Part shown: piece after piece, positions 24,701-34,112 of the stretch
How positions within the stretch are numbered: position 1 is the stretch's first letter
Layout of the letters: each line of letters opens with the position of its first letter
DNA from: Candidatus Limnocylindrales bacterium
GTDB lineage: Bacteria > Chloroflexota > Limnocylindria > Limnocylindrales > CSP1-4
Length of the DNA stretch: 64,000 nucleotides
Direction: 5' to 3'
Assembly: GCA_036274475.1 (NCBI GenBank)
Contig: DASUFO010000035.1
Span: forward strand, 6,655 to 70,654
Translations under genes and position numbers: made by a program
Notes under the pieces: generated by a model
Databases searched by the model: none
Seen by the model: the letters and a program-made list of their open reading frames with translations, nothing else
What the model was told of the DNA's origin: nothing

Positions 24701-27552
24701 AGATGTCCGTGAACGGCGGCGGCACGAAGATCGCCCACCCCAGGGCGTACACCTGGACCGCCGCCCATCCTGCGGCCGACATGTCGGTCCTCGTCTACGT
24801 GGACGACCCGATCCATGCGGCGCCGGACACGTACGTCGATCAGGCCCTCCAGCGCCTGGGCCTCTCGTACACCGCCCACTACGAAGGCGACTTCGACGGG
24901 TTCCAGGCAGACCTGACGTCAGGCGAATGGGACCTCGTCATCTTCGACGACGAGAACTACCTGCCGTTCGACTTCAGCATCTTCGACGACCTCAACGCGT
25001 ACGTCGAGAACGGCGGCCGCCTTGTGTTTGCAACATGGGTCGTCGACTTCGAACCGGACCACCCGCTGTTCACGAATCTCGGGTTCGGGTTCTCCGACGA
25101 CATCTTCGAGCAGCCCCAGCCGGTCTTCTGGTGGCAGCCCGATCATCCGGCATTCACCTTCCCCGAGGAGGCGCCGGAACAGACCGACGTCCAGGCGATC
25201 GGATTCGGAATCAACGGCCAGCGCGGCGACCCGCTCGAGGGCGCCACTGCGATCGGCGGCTACACGACGCCTGGACCCGATGACGGTCAGGCGACGCTCA
25301 TCCTCGCGAACGAGGAGCGAACGGCGTTCCGCGGCTTCTTCGATGCCGTGAACGACGCCGACCTCGACGGCGACGACATTCCCGACGGTGTCGAGCTCTG
25401 GGAGAACCTCGCGTTCGGCATCGGCCAGGGCTTCTTCACGGACGTGCCATGGCTCTCCGAGAGTCCGCAGGCGGGGACGGTCGGCAGCCACAAGACGAAG
25501 CCAATCACGCTGACGATCGGCGATGCCAGCCTCGCCCCCGGCGAGTACCGCGGCACCGTCGTGTTCCAGACCAACGCCCCGAAGCCGCGCACGGTCTCGG
25601 TCGACGTGACGCTGACGGTCACGCTGCCCGAATCGTGGGGTGGCCTGACCGGTGTCGTGACCGACGCCCACACCGATGAGCCCATCGGCGGCGTCGACGT
25701 CACGCTCCACAGCGAATGGAACGGCTCGCCGCTCGACCAGACAGCGACGACCGACGCCGACGGCGGCTACACGCTGCTCGGTCCGAGCGGGACGTGGTCG
25801 CTCGAGTTCGCGAAGGGCGGCTACGTCGGCGAGACCCGCGACGAGGAGGTCGAGGCCGGAGCCACCCGGAACGACGTCAACGCTGCCCTCCACCAGGATG
25901 TGCCGCACGGCGTCGTCGAGGGCGGTCCGTTCCACTTCGTCCTCACCGACGGCCGGACGGGCTCCGGCACGATCACGCTCACGAACCCTGCCGGCCACGA
26001 GGACCTCACGTTCGAGGTCGGCGAGGTCAATCTCGATCCACAGGAGTCGGCGGTGATCGCCGGCGTCACAAAGCGGACGCTCGCCGTGCCATCGGCATCG
26101 GCGAAGCCGGCAACCTCGACGAAGGGCCTCAGTCGGCCGTCCGTCAAGGTTCCGCCCTCCATCCACGCCGACGGCGACGTCCTTGCCAGCTGGCCGGCGG
26201 AAGGCGTCAACACGCCGTGGGGCGTCGGGTTCACCGGCAACGTCTGGCTCAGCAACGCCTTCGGCGACGAAGACCTCTGCGGGTTCTCGCCGCCGTGCAT
26301 GTCGACCGAGTTCCAGACCGACGGCACGCCCACGGGCAACTCGTTCGAGTCCGACTGGATCGAGGCGTTCGGTGGGGACATGGCCTACGACGCCGGCCGG
26401 GACCTCCTCTGGCAGGTGAACGTCGGCGGCGACAACGGCATCTATGGCCTCGACCCGTCCGACGGCTCGGTCCAGGACGTGATCACCGGCAGTCCGTGGG
26501 ACAACGTCGACCAGCGCGGCCTGGCGTACGACCCGGGCACCGACACGTTCTACATCGGCGGCTGGAACGAGGGCGTCGTCTACCACATCGCCGGCCTCGG
26601 CTGGCCGACCCCGGGCGAGACGCTCGATCAGTGCAACCCCGCCGATCCGAACATCTCCGGTCTCGCCTGGAACAGCTCGTTCGGGCTGCTCTGGGAGGCC
26701 ACGAACAGTGACACCGACACGATCTATCTCCTCGATCCGGCGAACTGCGACACGCTCCGCGCGATCGACCATCCGTCGCCGGGCTTCAACGGCGCGGGCC
26801 TCGAGCTCGACGCCCAAGGCAACCTGTGGACGGTCTCGCAGAACGACGGCCTGGCCTACAACATCGAGTCCGGGCTGCCGACCTTCAGCGACGTGCCGTG
26901 GATGACCGTCGAGCCCGAGTCCGGCTCGGTCGCGCCCGACAGTCAGCAGGATCTGACGGTCACCGTCGACGCGACCGGTCTCGAGCCGGGCGTCCACCGC
27001 GGGATCGTCATCCTCCAGACGAACGATCCGGCTCTGGGCAACGTCCAGGTCCCGGTCGTGCTCACCGTCCCGGCCTACCAGCAGGGCATCAACGCCGGCG
27101 GCGCCGAGTACACGGATCCCGCTACCGGCGTCGTGTACGCCACCGACCAGTCGTTCTTCCTCGGCAGCTTCGGCTACGCGGGCGGTTCCACCGGATCCAC
27201 CGCCACCGATATCGCCGGCACCACGCGTGACGCCCTGTACCAGGACCAGCGGCTCGACATGTCCGCCTATCGGTTCACGGTCCCGAACGGCATCTATCAG
27301 GTCGACCTGAACTTTGCCGAGATCGAGGGCGCCGACGAAGGTGATCGTGTCTTCAGCGTCTGGCTCGAAGGCACCGGCGTCATGCGCAATCTCGACGTCG
27401 TCGAAGCGTCGGGCGGTCCGAACATCGCCTACGACCGGACGTTCCTGATCGAGGTCACGGACGGCCGGCTCGACATCTCGTTCGACGACGTGAGCGGCCT
27501 GCCGATCGTCAACGCCATCCTCGTGACGGAGGTTCCGACCGGCAGTCCGTAA
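21712..27552 (+). CDS. Giant secreted subtilisin-like (S8) serine protease with multiple beta-sandwich domains and a C-terminal malectin-like carbohydrate-binding domain.
   Basis: ATG at 21712 with AGGAGGG upstream. Signal peptide MPRRALAVVAAILLVVGQAQSALAGA, followed by an I9-like propeptide. Catalytic residues: D (VVVGSVDTGVD), H (AGHGTHTMGT), N (NNSWG), S (SGTSMAAPHTSG). Repeated CarboxypepD_reg-like modules (GTVTDDGTDAPVPGAQV...YNVSADAFGY). The C-terminus GINAGGAEYTD...YRFTVPNGIYQVDLNFAE...FSVWLEG is malectin-like. 1946 aa. Confidence 0.9.
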   Translation: MPRRALAVVAAILLVVGQAQSALAGAAAARGTGGPAASAPIGKGLLEALDAKTADKFVVEFASKADLRAPSKVTGHAARGKAVMDALKTNAGRAQAEGLALAKRNGARATSFWLVNEMVVQGDSRLAKAFAQLRGVTSVRAVKEYPLVKPVEMKPADTTPPGGGSEWGIEKIRAPEAWDEGILGQGVVVGSVDTGVDFTHPAIVNQYRGNNGDGSFSHDYNWWDPTGICGDEPCDNAGHGTHTMGTMVGGDGPGPFTPDVGVAPGARWISAKGCEDFGCSEDALLSSGQWILAPTDLEGNNPDPSMRPDVVNNSWGSGPGDPFYLDIVQGWRAAGIIPVFSSGNPGPFCGEGGSPGDFLEVFSAGATDIDDNIADFSGRGPSVYGKVNPDISAPGVDVVSSVPGGGYESFSGTSMAAPHTSGTIALILSGKPVLIGDPNNYTPITDAIRVTAVDRLDDSCGGDEDGDPNNVYGDGRIDAKEAVDLIASGGTLAGTVTDDGTDAPVPGAQVTAHGGFRDFTVTTDNDGEYQMFLAAGTYNVSADAFGYASDIASDVEIAADETTTQDFALVALPRFKVRGHVRNAETAAVIRYATVTAIGTPVPAAVADTGGFYQLTLPVGTYTLRANAGGCTESGVVDGVQIVNKNVTQDFALGRKLDAFGHGCRPIAFNWTDAKTDTALFGDDFAGRLKLPFAFKFYGESYTQLFISDNGYLTFGGPDQFNPFPTSIPSDDPPNAAIYPLWRDLFLGDTSQVAYNLTGLVGARKYTVEFTDVGVRGSKDTVDFEVKLYETGERLDILYGNNPANPGDGRGATIGIENADGTDALEFSFSDSLLTPNSAFRYEPMPSGIIRGTIRDENDLEPIKGATVKAVPGLASTTTAADGTYSLRVYPGTYQVSYQAQGYKSETISVPVPDGVVRVRNRTLAAPIPTADPPSVEVELDYGADPVTRALTLGNDGGAPLVFEAKERSRGSSAPPLPGGEVAGTGVFSQDVKASVEMSVNGGGTKIAHPRAYTWTAAHPAADMSVLVYVDDPIHAAPDTYVDQALQRLGLSYTAHYEGDFDGFQADLTSGEWDLVIFDDENYLPFDFSIFDDLNAYVENGGRLVFATWVVDFEPDHPLFTNLGFGFSDDIFEQPQPVFWWQPDHPAFTFPEEAPEQTDVQAIGFGINGQRGDPLEGATAIGGYTTPGPDDGQATLILANEERTAFRGFFDAVNDADLDGDDIPDGVELWENLAFGIGQGFFTDVPWLSESPQAGTVGSHKTKPITLTIGDASLAPGEYRGTVVFQTNAPKPRTVSVDVTLTVTLPESWGGLTGVVTDAHTDEPIGGVDVTLHSEWNGSPLDQTATTDADGGYTLLGPSGTWSLEFAKGGYVGETRDEEVEAGATRNDVNAALHQDVPHGVVEGGPFHFVLTDGRTGSGTITLTNPAGHEDLTFEVGEVNLDPQESAVIAGVTKRTLAVPSASAKPATSTKGLSRPSVKVPPSIHADGDVLASWPAEGVNTPWGVGFTGNVWLSNAFGDEDLCGFSPPCMSTEFQTDGTPTGNSFESDWIEAFGGDMAYDAGRDLLWQVNVGGDNGIYGLDPSDGSVQDVITGSPWDNVDQRGLAYDPGTDTFYIGGWNEGVVYHIAGLGWPTPGETLDQCNPADPNISGLAWNSSFGLLWEATNSDTDTIYLLDPANCDTLRAIDHPSPGFNGAGLELDAQGNLWTVSQNDGLAYNIESGLPTFSDVPWMTVEPESGSVAPDSQQDLTVTVDATGLEPGVHRGIVILQTNDPALGNVQVPVVLTVPAYQQGINAGGAEYTDPATGVVYATDQSFFLGSFGYAGGSTGSTATDIAGTTRDALYQDQRLDMSAYRFTVPNGIYQVDLNFAEIEGADEGDRVFSVWLEGTGVMRNLDVVEASGGPNIAYDRTFLIEVTDGRLDISFDDVSGLPIVNAILVTEVPTGSP

Positions 27553-27578
27553 TCAGCTCGACGTTCATCGGCGAATCA

Positions 27579-27607
27579 GAACGGCCCCGCCTCCGGCGGG
27601 GCCGTTC
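27579..27607. terminator. Bidirectional intrinsic-terminator-like hairpin between convergent genes.
   Basis: Perfect 13-bp stem GAACGGCCCCGCC / GGCGGGGCCGTTC with a 3-nt loop. It lies 27 nt after the protease stop and 24 nt after the SRPBCC stop. There is no U-tract, which is common in high-GC genomes. Confidence 0.65.
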
Positions 27608-27630
27608 GCGTACCCGTTCTCGTCGGGTGG

Positions 27631-28053
27631 CTACGCCGATTCTGCTGCCCGCTTCATCCCCTCGGCCTCGAGCGTGATGTACCGGTTCGTCAGGTCCTTG
27701 TAGAACCGGCCGACGATCGTGATCAGGATCCCGCGCATCTCGAGGGTCAGCGTCAGCCGGGCGCGGTCCGGCCCGAGCGGTGTGACGCGGTGTCCCGCGA
27801 CGTTCGTGGCGCCGGTCGATTTCTGCGTCCATTCGAAGTACGACGGCGCATCCCAGACGGTGACTTCCCACGTCCCCTCGGGGAGCTTTGGCTGCTTGAG
27901 CCGGACACGACTGCCCGTGGTCATCGGCGCCGGCGTCAGAAGTTCCACGGACTCGACCGTCTCGACCACCCGCGGCCAGGTCTCGATGGCACTGAGGACC
28001 TCCCAGACGCGCTCCTGGGGGGCATCGATCTCGATCGACGTCTCGAACCGCAT
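27631..28053 (-). CDS. SRPBCC-superfamily (polyketide cyclase/dehydrase-like) protein.
   Basis: The ATG at 28053 lies inside over-extended track ORF 27631..28734. Sequence: MRFETSIEIDAPQERVWEVLSAIETWPRVV... is the typical SRPBCC N-terminus. 140 aa. Confidence 0.8.
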   Translation of the reverse strand: MRFETSIEIDAPQERVWEVLSAIETWPRVVETVESVELLTPAPMTTGSRVRLKQPKLPEGTWEVTVWDAPSYFEWTQKSTGATNVAGHRVTPLGPDRARLTLTLEMRGILITIVGRFYKDLTNRYITLEAEGMKRAAESA

Positions 28054-28114
28054 CGGCCGAGTGTAGCGGGAGGGAAGCCCGCCTCCCCGCCTCGCCGCCT
28101 CCCCACCAGCCGCG

Positions 28115-28540
28115 TCAGCCGCCGGTGACGACGAGGCTCCCCACCATTCCGTACGCCTCATGGCCCGGCAGGTGGCAGATGTAGGTGAGCGTTCCGGGAC
28201 TCGTGAACGTGACGGTCGTCCGGATCTCGCGTCCGGCGTCGATCGAGACTTCGGTTGGGCGGGCGTTGTGGACGGGCTCCGTGCCGGTGCGGTGGCGCTC
28301 GTGGAGCGCCTCGTCTCCGACGATCCACTCGTGGTCGATCGGGTCCGTGTTCGTGATGACGAACGTGATCGGCCGGCCGGCTGGGACGCGGAGCGCCGCC
28401 GGCGCGAAGTGCGAGTAGTGGATCTCGATCGGAACGACGAGCGGTTCCTGATCGTGGTCGACCGCCCCGGCCACGACCGCCGCGCCGAGCGCGGCGGCCA
28501 GGCCGAGTCCGAGAGCCGCGACGATCCGGTCGAGCGACAC
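28115..28540 (-). CDS. Membrane-anchored or secreted cupredoxin (type-1 copper) protein.
   Basis: Copper ligands in DHEW ... YICHLPGHEAYGM (H, C, H, M). N-terminal hydrophobic segment. GTG start 3 nt after the DUF2330 stop. Confidence 0.8.
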   Translation of the reverse strand: MSLDRIVAALGLGLAAALGAAVVAGAVDHDQEPLVVPIEIHYSHFAPAALRVPAGRPITFVITNTDPIDHEWIVGDEALHERHRTGTEPVHNARPTEVSIDAGREIRTTVTFTSPGTLTYICHLPGHEAYGMVGSLVVTGG

Positions 28541-28543
28541 TGG

Positions 28544-29605
28544 TCAGCGGGTCTCGCCGCCGGGGCGATACCACGTGGCGAGCCAGATCCCGAAGATGCC
28601 CACCACGGAGAACAGGACCGCGAGGAGCAGGCGGCCCGGATCGATGCCCTGGGCGACTTCGCCGGCCGTCTGGACGACCTGGGCGACCCCGGGCATCTCG
28701 AACCCAGCGTCGACGCGCGACGGTGCATTTGCACCCGAGGCGTCGATCGCGAGGTCGTACGACAGCCCGGCCGCTGACGAGTCGACCGCGACCTTCGTCA
28801 GCCACGCCGCCCGCGGCACCCACTCCATCCCGCGATCCGCGCGCAGGTCGTCGAGCAGCGATGCCGTCGCCCAGGCGCTGTAGTCGAGGCGGATGCCGTT
28901 ATCGCCCGTCGGCGTCGGCAGCAGGGCTGGGGAGCGGTCGGTCATGAGATAGACATCGGCCTCAACCCGTTCCTCTCCGGTCTTGCCGAGCGCCAGGATC
29001 CGCAGCGGCACCCAGGGGTTGTCGGTCGGGATCGTGATGTGGACCGGCGTTCCGTCACCGACCTGCTGGCCACGCTCTGCGGCCGCGTCGGCATCGAACG
29101 CCGCCGCGAGGAAGATCTGCGAGCGCTCGGCGTAGAAGTCGAGGACCTCGGGCGCATCGGGCGGGAGGCGGAAGCCGTGATCCTTGGCCCACTGGCCGAT
29201 GTCCTTCGCCCCGCCCTTGAGGACCGTGACGTCGAGCGCATCGATCTTGACCTTCATGAGCTCCTCGGCCCCGGCGGCGGACGCCGCTGCCTCGAATCGG
29301 AAGGCCGCGGGCACGGGCGGGTTCGTCTCGCGAACGAGCCGTTGGAGCGTCCAGTCGCCACCCTTCACGACGCTCGAGGGGACGCCCGGCAACGGTGTGA
29401 TCGAGCCGAATGCGCCGCCACCGCCGGCGAACTGGAACGCGGTGACGTAGTGCTCCTCGCCGTCGTGGTAGCCGGCGAAGGTCGTTGTTCGGAGCAGGTT
29501 GACGGCCCCGTTCGGGCCGATCAGTCCCCCGCAGGCGAGTGCCGGCGCTGCGGTGAGGAGGAGTCCCAGCACCGCGGCCGGGAGGATGACGCCGAGTCGT
29601 CGCAT
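28544..29605 (-). CDS. DUF2330-family secreted protein with a C-terminal membrane anchor.
   Basis: Signal peptide ending in ALACGG. C-terminal TM segment LLLAVLFSVVGIFGIWLATWY. The overall pattern matches DUF2330 as I remember it. Confidence 0.7.
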   Translation of the reverse strand: MRRLGVILPAAVLGLLLTAAPALACGGLIGPNGAVNLLRTTTFAGYHDGEEHYVTAFQFAGGGGAFGSITPLPGVPSSVVKGGDWTLQRLVRETNPPVPAAFRFEAAASAAGAEELMKVKIDALDVTVLKGGAKDIGQWAKDHGFRLPPDAPEVLDFYAERSQIFLAAAFDADAAAERGQQVGDGTPVHITIPTDNPWVPLRILALGKTGEERVEADVYLMTDRSPALLPTPTGDNGIRLDYSAWATASLLDDLRADRGMEWVPRAAWLTKVAVDSSAAGLSYDLAIDASGANAPSRVDAGFEMPGVAQVVQTAGEVAQGIDPGRLLLAVLFSVVGIFGIWLATWYRPGGETR

Positions 29606-29719
29606 CGGTCAATCTCCTGGGCGGGCGGACGAGGTAGGTCCGCGATGCCGCCCCTGACGCCGATGCGTTGCACGGGGTTCCCCGCTGAGCGGGCGCGCTC
29701 GCCGGGCGGGTTCGGGCGC

Positions 29720-31366
29720 CTACGGCATTTCGACGTGGACGTCGTCGACGCCCACCTCGACGAGGCTGTCGGGCCCGCCATCGGTCGCGACGATGACGAT
29801 TCGGATCGTCTTGCCGCCCCACGCGGCGAGTGGCGCCCCGGCCTTTGCCCACTTCGCCCGATCGACGAACGCGGTGCCGTATTCGCGGAAGACCCGCGTC
29901 CTGACTCCGCCCGCTTCGACGTAGACGAGGAAGGAGTCGGCTTTGGAGCTGTTCGCCCCGTGGGCGAAGTAGTAGCGGAACGTCAGGGAGCCGGCCGTCG
30001 CCGGGAGCGTGATCGGCCCGGACCGGATCGTCGTCGACCCGCCGTCGAGGTCGTTCGCGTTGGCGCTGCCTTCGGCCTTGCCGCCGGTCACCATCGCGAA
30101 CCGGCCGGAATATGCGGTACCCAGCTGGATCGGCACGCCGCCGCTCGACGTGGGTTCGGGGTCCCGCGGCGCGAACGTCCCCGACGTCGCGGTATCGGTC
30201 CCGTACGGGTCGTGGGTCCAGCCACGAGCGATCTCGAAGTCGTCGTTGTACGGCCCGCAATGCGTCGTTGCCTTGCCGATCGCCCGGTACGGGCATCCCG
30301 CGATATCGAGGAAGTAGAGCAGCGCACCGCGGTTGCGAGCCGTCTGCGTCGCGATGTTCTCATCGGCCGGATAGTGGTCGCCCCAGACGGTCGACGTCTC
30401 GGGCGGGTAGAGCTCCCACGTGAACGAGAAGATCCGGTGGACTCCGTAGAGCCAGTCGATCTGATCGCCATCGGTGATGTAGAGATCACTCGACTGCTCG
30501 GCCTTGTAGCCGTTGAGCTTGGCCATCGCCTTGCCCATCGTCACGAACGCGGCGTGGTCGTCGACCGACATGTCGGTCGGGATGTCCGTCTTCGTGTAGC
30601 CGTACGGCCAGAGGATCAGCTGGCCATTCGTGTGGAACGTGATGTGCGCCTTGATCTGCTGGATGCCGTTCTTCACGCGACTGTTGACGAAGTCACGGAA
30701 CCGGCGGGTCTCGACCGTCGAGAAGGGCCCGGAGCCGCGGTAGGTCTCGGACGACGTGCTGCCGGACGATCCACCGCAACATCCCCAGCGGTAACCGTAA
30801 TTCCGGTTCAGATCCGTTCCCACCTGACAGCCACTGCAGTTGGGCTGCACGTTCTTGCGCCACGCGCAGTACGGGGCATGGGCACCGCCGCACGTCAGGT
30901 CGCGCTCGGCGCCGTCCGGATTGACCATGAAGATGATCCAGATCTCGCGCGTGTTCACGAGGTTGGTGATCGTCGAATCCGAGCCGTAGTTGTCGGCGAG
31001 GAGATGCAGCAGGTAGAGCGCCTGCTCGACGGTCATGTGCTCTCGGGCGTGGTGAAGCGCGTCGAACAGGACCTCGGGCTCGTCCTCGTCGGTCCCGACG
31101 TTGTCGCTGATCTTGGCCATCCAGATGTCGCGGCCCTGGTAGCTCTTGCCGATCGTCAGGGCGTCGACGATGCCCGGCCTGGCGGCCTCGACGGCTTTCA
31201 GGTCGGCGACCATCTCGGCGTAGTTGTGATAGCGCGAATCCCGCGGCGGGAAGTCCGCCGCCGCGGCCGGGGACACGGTCCCGCCAAGCGCCGTCACGGC
31301 GAGCGCTCCCGCGACGAGGAGTCGGTGGGGGATCGACAGGTGGGGGCGGCGAGGTCGTCCTGCCAT
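29720..31366 (-). CDS. Secreted M14-family zinc carboxypeptidase with a C-terminal extra domain.
   Basis: Sequence: [45 protein letters not shown]...[17 protein letters not shown]...FMVNPDGAE. The start is taken at ATG 31366, ahead of the signal peptide (track start 31402). Confidence 0.85.
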   Translation of the reverse strand: MAGRPRRPHLSIPHRLLVAGALAVTALGGTVSPAAAADFPPRDSRYHNYAEMVADLKAVEAARPGIVDALTIGKSYQGRDIWMAKISDNVGTDEDEPEVLFDALHHAREHMTVEQALYLLHLLADNYGSDSTITNLVNTREIWIIFMVNPDGAERDLTCGGAHAPYCAWRKNVQPNCSGCQVGTDLNRNYGYRWGCCGGSSGSTSSETYRGSGPFSTVETRRFRDFVNSRVKNGIQQIKAHITFHTNGQLILWPYGYTKTDIPTDMSVDDHAAFVTMGKAMAKLNGYKAEQSSDLYITDGDQIDWLYGVHRIFSFTWELYPPETSTVWGDHYPADENIATQTARNRGALLYFLDIAGCPYRAIGKATTHCGPYNDDFEIARGWTHDPYGTDTATSGTFAPRDPEPTSSGGVPIQLGTAYSGRFAMVTGGKAEGSANANDLDGGSTTIRSGPITLPATAGSLTFRYYFAHGANSSKADSFLVYVEAGGVRTRVFREYGTAFVDRAKWAKAGAPLAAWGGKTIRIVIVATDGGPDSLVEVGVDDVHVEMP

Positions 31367-31437
31367 GGCCCTAGGGTGAGGGCCCGCGGTGCACCGGCGC
31401 AACCCGACCCTCGGCCGGACCGGGCGGTACGAACCTC

Positions 31438-32652
31438 TCAGGCCGAACTGGTTCCGTCCGGTGATCCCACGGGAAGCGTGAACCGGAACGTGGCGCCCGC
31501 GCCCGGCTGGCTCTCGACCGAGATTCTGCCGCCGTGGGCTTCCACGAGGCCGCGGGCGATCGCGAGACCCAGCCCGGAGCCACGCGAGTCGGCGGACTTT
31601 GCGAACCGATCGAAGACGTTGGGCAGCAGCGCCGGGTCGATGCCCCCGCCGGTGTCGCGGACGGCGATCTCCACGCGGCGATCGGCGTCTTCGCCAGCGA
31701 CCGCGCCCGTCAGCGTCACGCTGCCCCCGCTCGGCGTGTGGCGCAGCGCGTTGGCGACGAGGTTCGAGACGACCTCCCGGATGCGGACCGGGTCGAGGTC
31801 GAGGATCGGCAGGTCGTCGGGGACCTCCACGGTCAGCGTGACGCCGGCGGTCGCGGCGGCTGCCCCGAATGCCGAGGCAGCCTCCGAGACGAGGACATCG
31901 AGGTCGGTCGGCTCGGCGTGGAGCGGTAGTCGGCCGGCGTCGGAGAGCGCGAGCGTCCGGACATCGTCGACGAGCCGACCGAGGACCCGGGTTTCCTCGA
32001 GGATCGCCCCGAGGTGCTCCGCGTCGGCCGGGTGGACACCGTCGAGGATCGCTTCGACGTTGCCCTGGACGACGGCGAGCGGGGTTCGCAGCTCGTGGCT
32101 CACGTCGGCGAGCAGCGTCCGTCGCTGCATCTCACTCGCTTCGAGCCGTCCGGCCATCGCATTGAAGCCTTCGACGAGGTCGCGGACCGGCCGCGGGGCA
32201 CGGCCCGGAACCCTGACACGGGCCGAGTAGTCGCCGGCCTCGACGCGCTCGGTGGCCTCGAGGAGGTCGTCGAGCGAGGCTGCGCTCCGCCGGAACCGGC
32301 GGCCGGCGCTCATGATCCCGGCGAGCCCCAGGAGGAGGACGATGAGGCCGAGGATTCGCGCGACGTCCCCGAGTGGCCCCGCGGCGACGACGACGCTCGT
32401 GACCGCGACGAGCAGCCCCACCGCGCCAACGACGAAGACGAGGCCGAACAGGCAGCCGAATCCGCCCATGAACGGACCGCGACGGCGGGCCCAGGGGGGC
32501 CCCATCCGGCGCGGCGGCCACGGCTCGCCGTCGGGCCACCATTCGGGGCGTTCCTTCGGTGGGCCGCCGGCCTCCCACCAGGCTCGCCGCTCGCGGCGCC
32601 AGCGATGCCAGTCGTCCGGCGGGCGGCGACCATCGGCCGGGGTCGGGCTCAC
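31438..32652 (-). CDS. Sensor histidine kinase (2 TM segments with a minimal external loop, HAMP, HisKA, HATPase_c).
   Basis: H-box [16 protein letters not shown]; N and G boxes [30 protein letters not shown]. The N-terminal tail is Trp/Arg/Pro-rich: [35 protein letters not shown]. Confidence 0.9.
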   Translation of the reverse strand: MSPTPADGRRPPDDWHRWRRERRAWWEAGGPPKERPEWWPDGEPWPPRRMGPPWARRRGPFMGGFGCLFGLVFVVGAVGLLVAVTSVVVAAGPLGDVARILGLIVLLLGLAGIMSAGRRFRRSAASLDDLLEATERVEAGDYSARVRVPGRAPRPVRDLVEGFNAMAGRLEASEMQRRTLLADVSHELRTPLAVVQGNVEAILDGVHPADAEHLGAILEETRVLGRLVDDVRTLALSDAGRLPLHAEPTDLDVLVSEAASAFGAAAATAGVTLTVEVPDDLPILDLDPVRIREVVSNLVANALRHTPSGGSVTLTGAVAGEDADRRVEIAVRDTGGGIDPALLPNVFDRFAKSADSRGSGLGLAIARGLVEAHGGRISVESQPGAGATFRFTLPVGSPDGTSSA

Positions 32653-33347
32653 GCCCGTTCGTCCGCGAACCGATAGCCGACGCCGTACACCGTGAGGATG
32701 TACCGAGGCGTTCGAGGGTCCGGCTCGAGCTTGCGGCGGATGTTCTTGATGTGGGTGTCGATCGCCCGCTCGTACGACTCGAACGCGACGCCGTGGACCG
32801 CATCGAGGAGCTGGCCCCGGGTGAAGATCCGCCCGGGTTGGGCGGCGAGCGTCGCGAGCAGCTGGAACTCGGTCGGCGTCAGTTCGATCGCGCGGCCGCC
32901 CGCGTCGACGCGCATCCGCGCCACGTCAAGCGTCACGTCTCCGGCGCGAATCATGTCGCGCGCCGCGCCGGCGGGCGCCGCCGCCGCGTCGGCTCGGCGG
33001 AGCACGGCCTTTACTCGCGCGACGAGCTCGCGCGGACTGAACGGCTTCGTCAGGTAATCGTCCGCACCCAGCTCCAGGCCCAGGAGCTTGTCGAGCTCGT
33101 CGTCGCGTGCCGTCAGCATCACGATCGGCAGCGTCGATTGCCGGCGGATCTCGCGGGTGACATCCAGGCCGTCCAGTTCCGGCAGGCCGAGGTCGAGGAC
33201 GACGAGGTCCGGTCGCTCCCGGCCGACCGCCTCGAGCGCTGACCGGCCGTCGGCCGCGATCGCGACCTTGTAGCCGGCATGTTCGAGATAGTCGCGCGCA
33301 AGGTCGGCGATCTTCGGCTCGTCGTCGACGACGAGGATGGTCTTCAT
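32649..33347 (-). CDS. OmpR-family response regulator.
   Basis: Sequence: MKTILVVDDEPKIADL...DLVVLDLGLPELDG...DDYLTKPF, with the winged HTH ...YILTVYGVGYRF. ATGA overlap with the kinase gene. Confidence 0.92.
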   Translation of the reverse strand: MKTILVVDDEPKIADLARDYLEHAGYKVAIAADGRSALEAVGRERPDLVVLDLGLPELDGLDVTREIRRQSTLPIVMLTARDDELDKLLGLELGADDYLTKPFSPRELVARVKAVLRRADAAAAPAGAARDMIRAGDVTLDVARMRVDAGGRAIELTPTEFQLLATLAAQPGRIFTRGQLLDAVHGVAFESYERAIDTHIKNIRRKLEPDPRTPRYILTVYGVGYRFADERA

Positions 33348-33460
33348 GGCGTGCGCATCGTAGAGGCGTTCATGGCACCGGCGGGGAGTTGGAAGCGCCG
33401 GCCTCCTGGCGGAGGCCGGCGCGGGAAGCGGGGGAGCGGGCGCGGCTCGCCGCGGCGTGG

Positions 33461-33916
33461 TCAGCTTCGGGGCGAGGAGGCGTCGCTCGAGGACGCTGCC
33501 GCGGAGGCCGCATCACCGCTTCGGTGGAGCTCGTCGTGGACCTCGCGGACTCGATCGTTCCAGGCGTCGTGGCGGCCGCCCGGGCCGCGTCCGTAGCCGG
33601 GACCCCAGCCACCCGGTCCGTAGCCTCGGCCCCAGCCGCGACCCCAGCCAAAGGCGGCCCGGATCAGACCGAGCACGAGGAACAGGAACAGCAGGAAGCC
33701 GAAGAACCAGAAGAATCCGAATCCGTGACCCCAGCCCCAGCCGACGTACGGAGCGGCCGCGTAGCCGGGAGCGATCACGACGCCGCCGTCGGCGTCGGCG
33801 ACGTTCTGGGCGAGGCCAGCAGAGACGCCGGCGTTGTACGCGGTGACGCCGAGCGCGACGGCGCCGACACCGAGGATGATCACGAGCAGGATCGAGGCGA
33901 TGGTTCGACCAGACAT
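33461..33916 (-). CDS. Small Gly/Trp/Phe-rich membrane protein, hypothetical.
   Basis: ATG at 33916 (GGAGA upstream) lies inside the over-extended track ORF. TM segment IASILLVIILGVGAVALGV, then YVGWGWGHGFGFFWFFGFLLFLFLVLGLI and GWGRGWGRGYGPGGWGPGYGRGPGG. It lies 113 nt upstream of the response-regulator gene. Confidence 0.6.
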   Translation of the reverse strand: MSGRTIASILLVIILGVGAVALGVTAYNAGVSAGLAQNVADADGGVVIAPGYAAAPYVGWGWGHGFGFFWFFGFLLFLFLVLGLIRAAFGWGRGWGRGYGPGGWGPGYGRGPGGRHDAWNDRVREVHDELHRSGDAASAAASSSDASSPRS

Positions 33917-34112
33917 GGCGGTGCAGATCTCCGATTGCTTGCGGCGGCCGCTGCGTGGGCCGCCCGTCTGGGCACGATCCTCGCGGTGGAATGTGTGCTG
34001 AATGTGGAGGCCGCGCGGAGGTTCCGTGCACGTCACGACGGCGCGCCGGACGGCCGGGCGGCCGGGCGCTCGAGGTGAGCGACGGGTGAGCGGCCGCTGC
34101 TAGCCTTCGGGC

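Noticed and set aside
21691-26997. Two very long reverse-strand ORFs (21691..24879, 1062 aa; 24919..26997, 692 aa) antisense to the S8 protease gene.
   Set aside because: They are Arg/Gly/Asp-rich with no recognisable motifs, and they lie entirely opposite a gene with a clear catalytic triad and domain structure. This is the typical antisense open frame of high-GC DNA.
29039-32230. A 1063-aa plus-strand ORF spanning the DUF2330, M14 and kinase genes.
   Set aside because: It crosses three well-supported minus-strand genes and their intergenic gaps. Its composition is biased (R, G, D, V) and it has no motifs.
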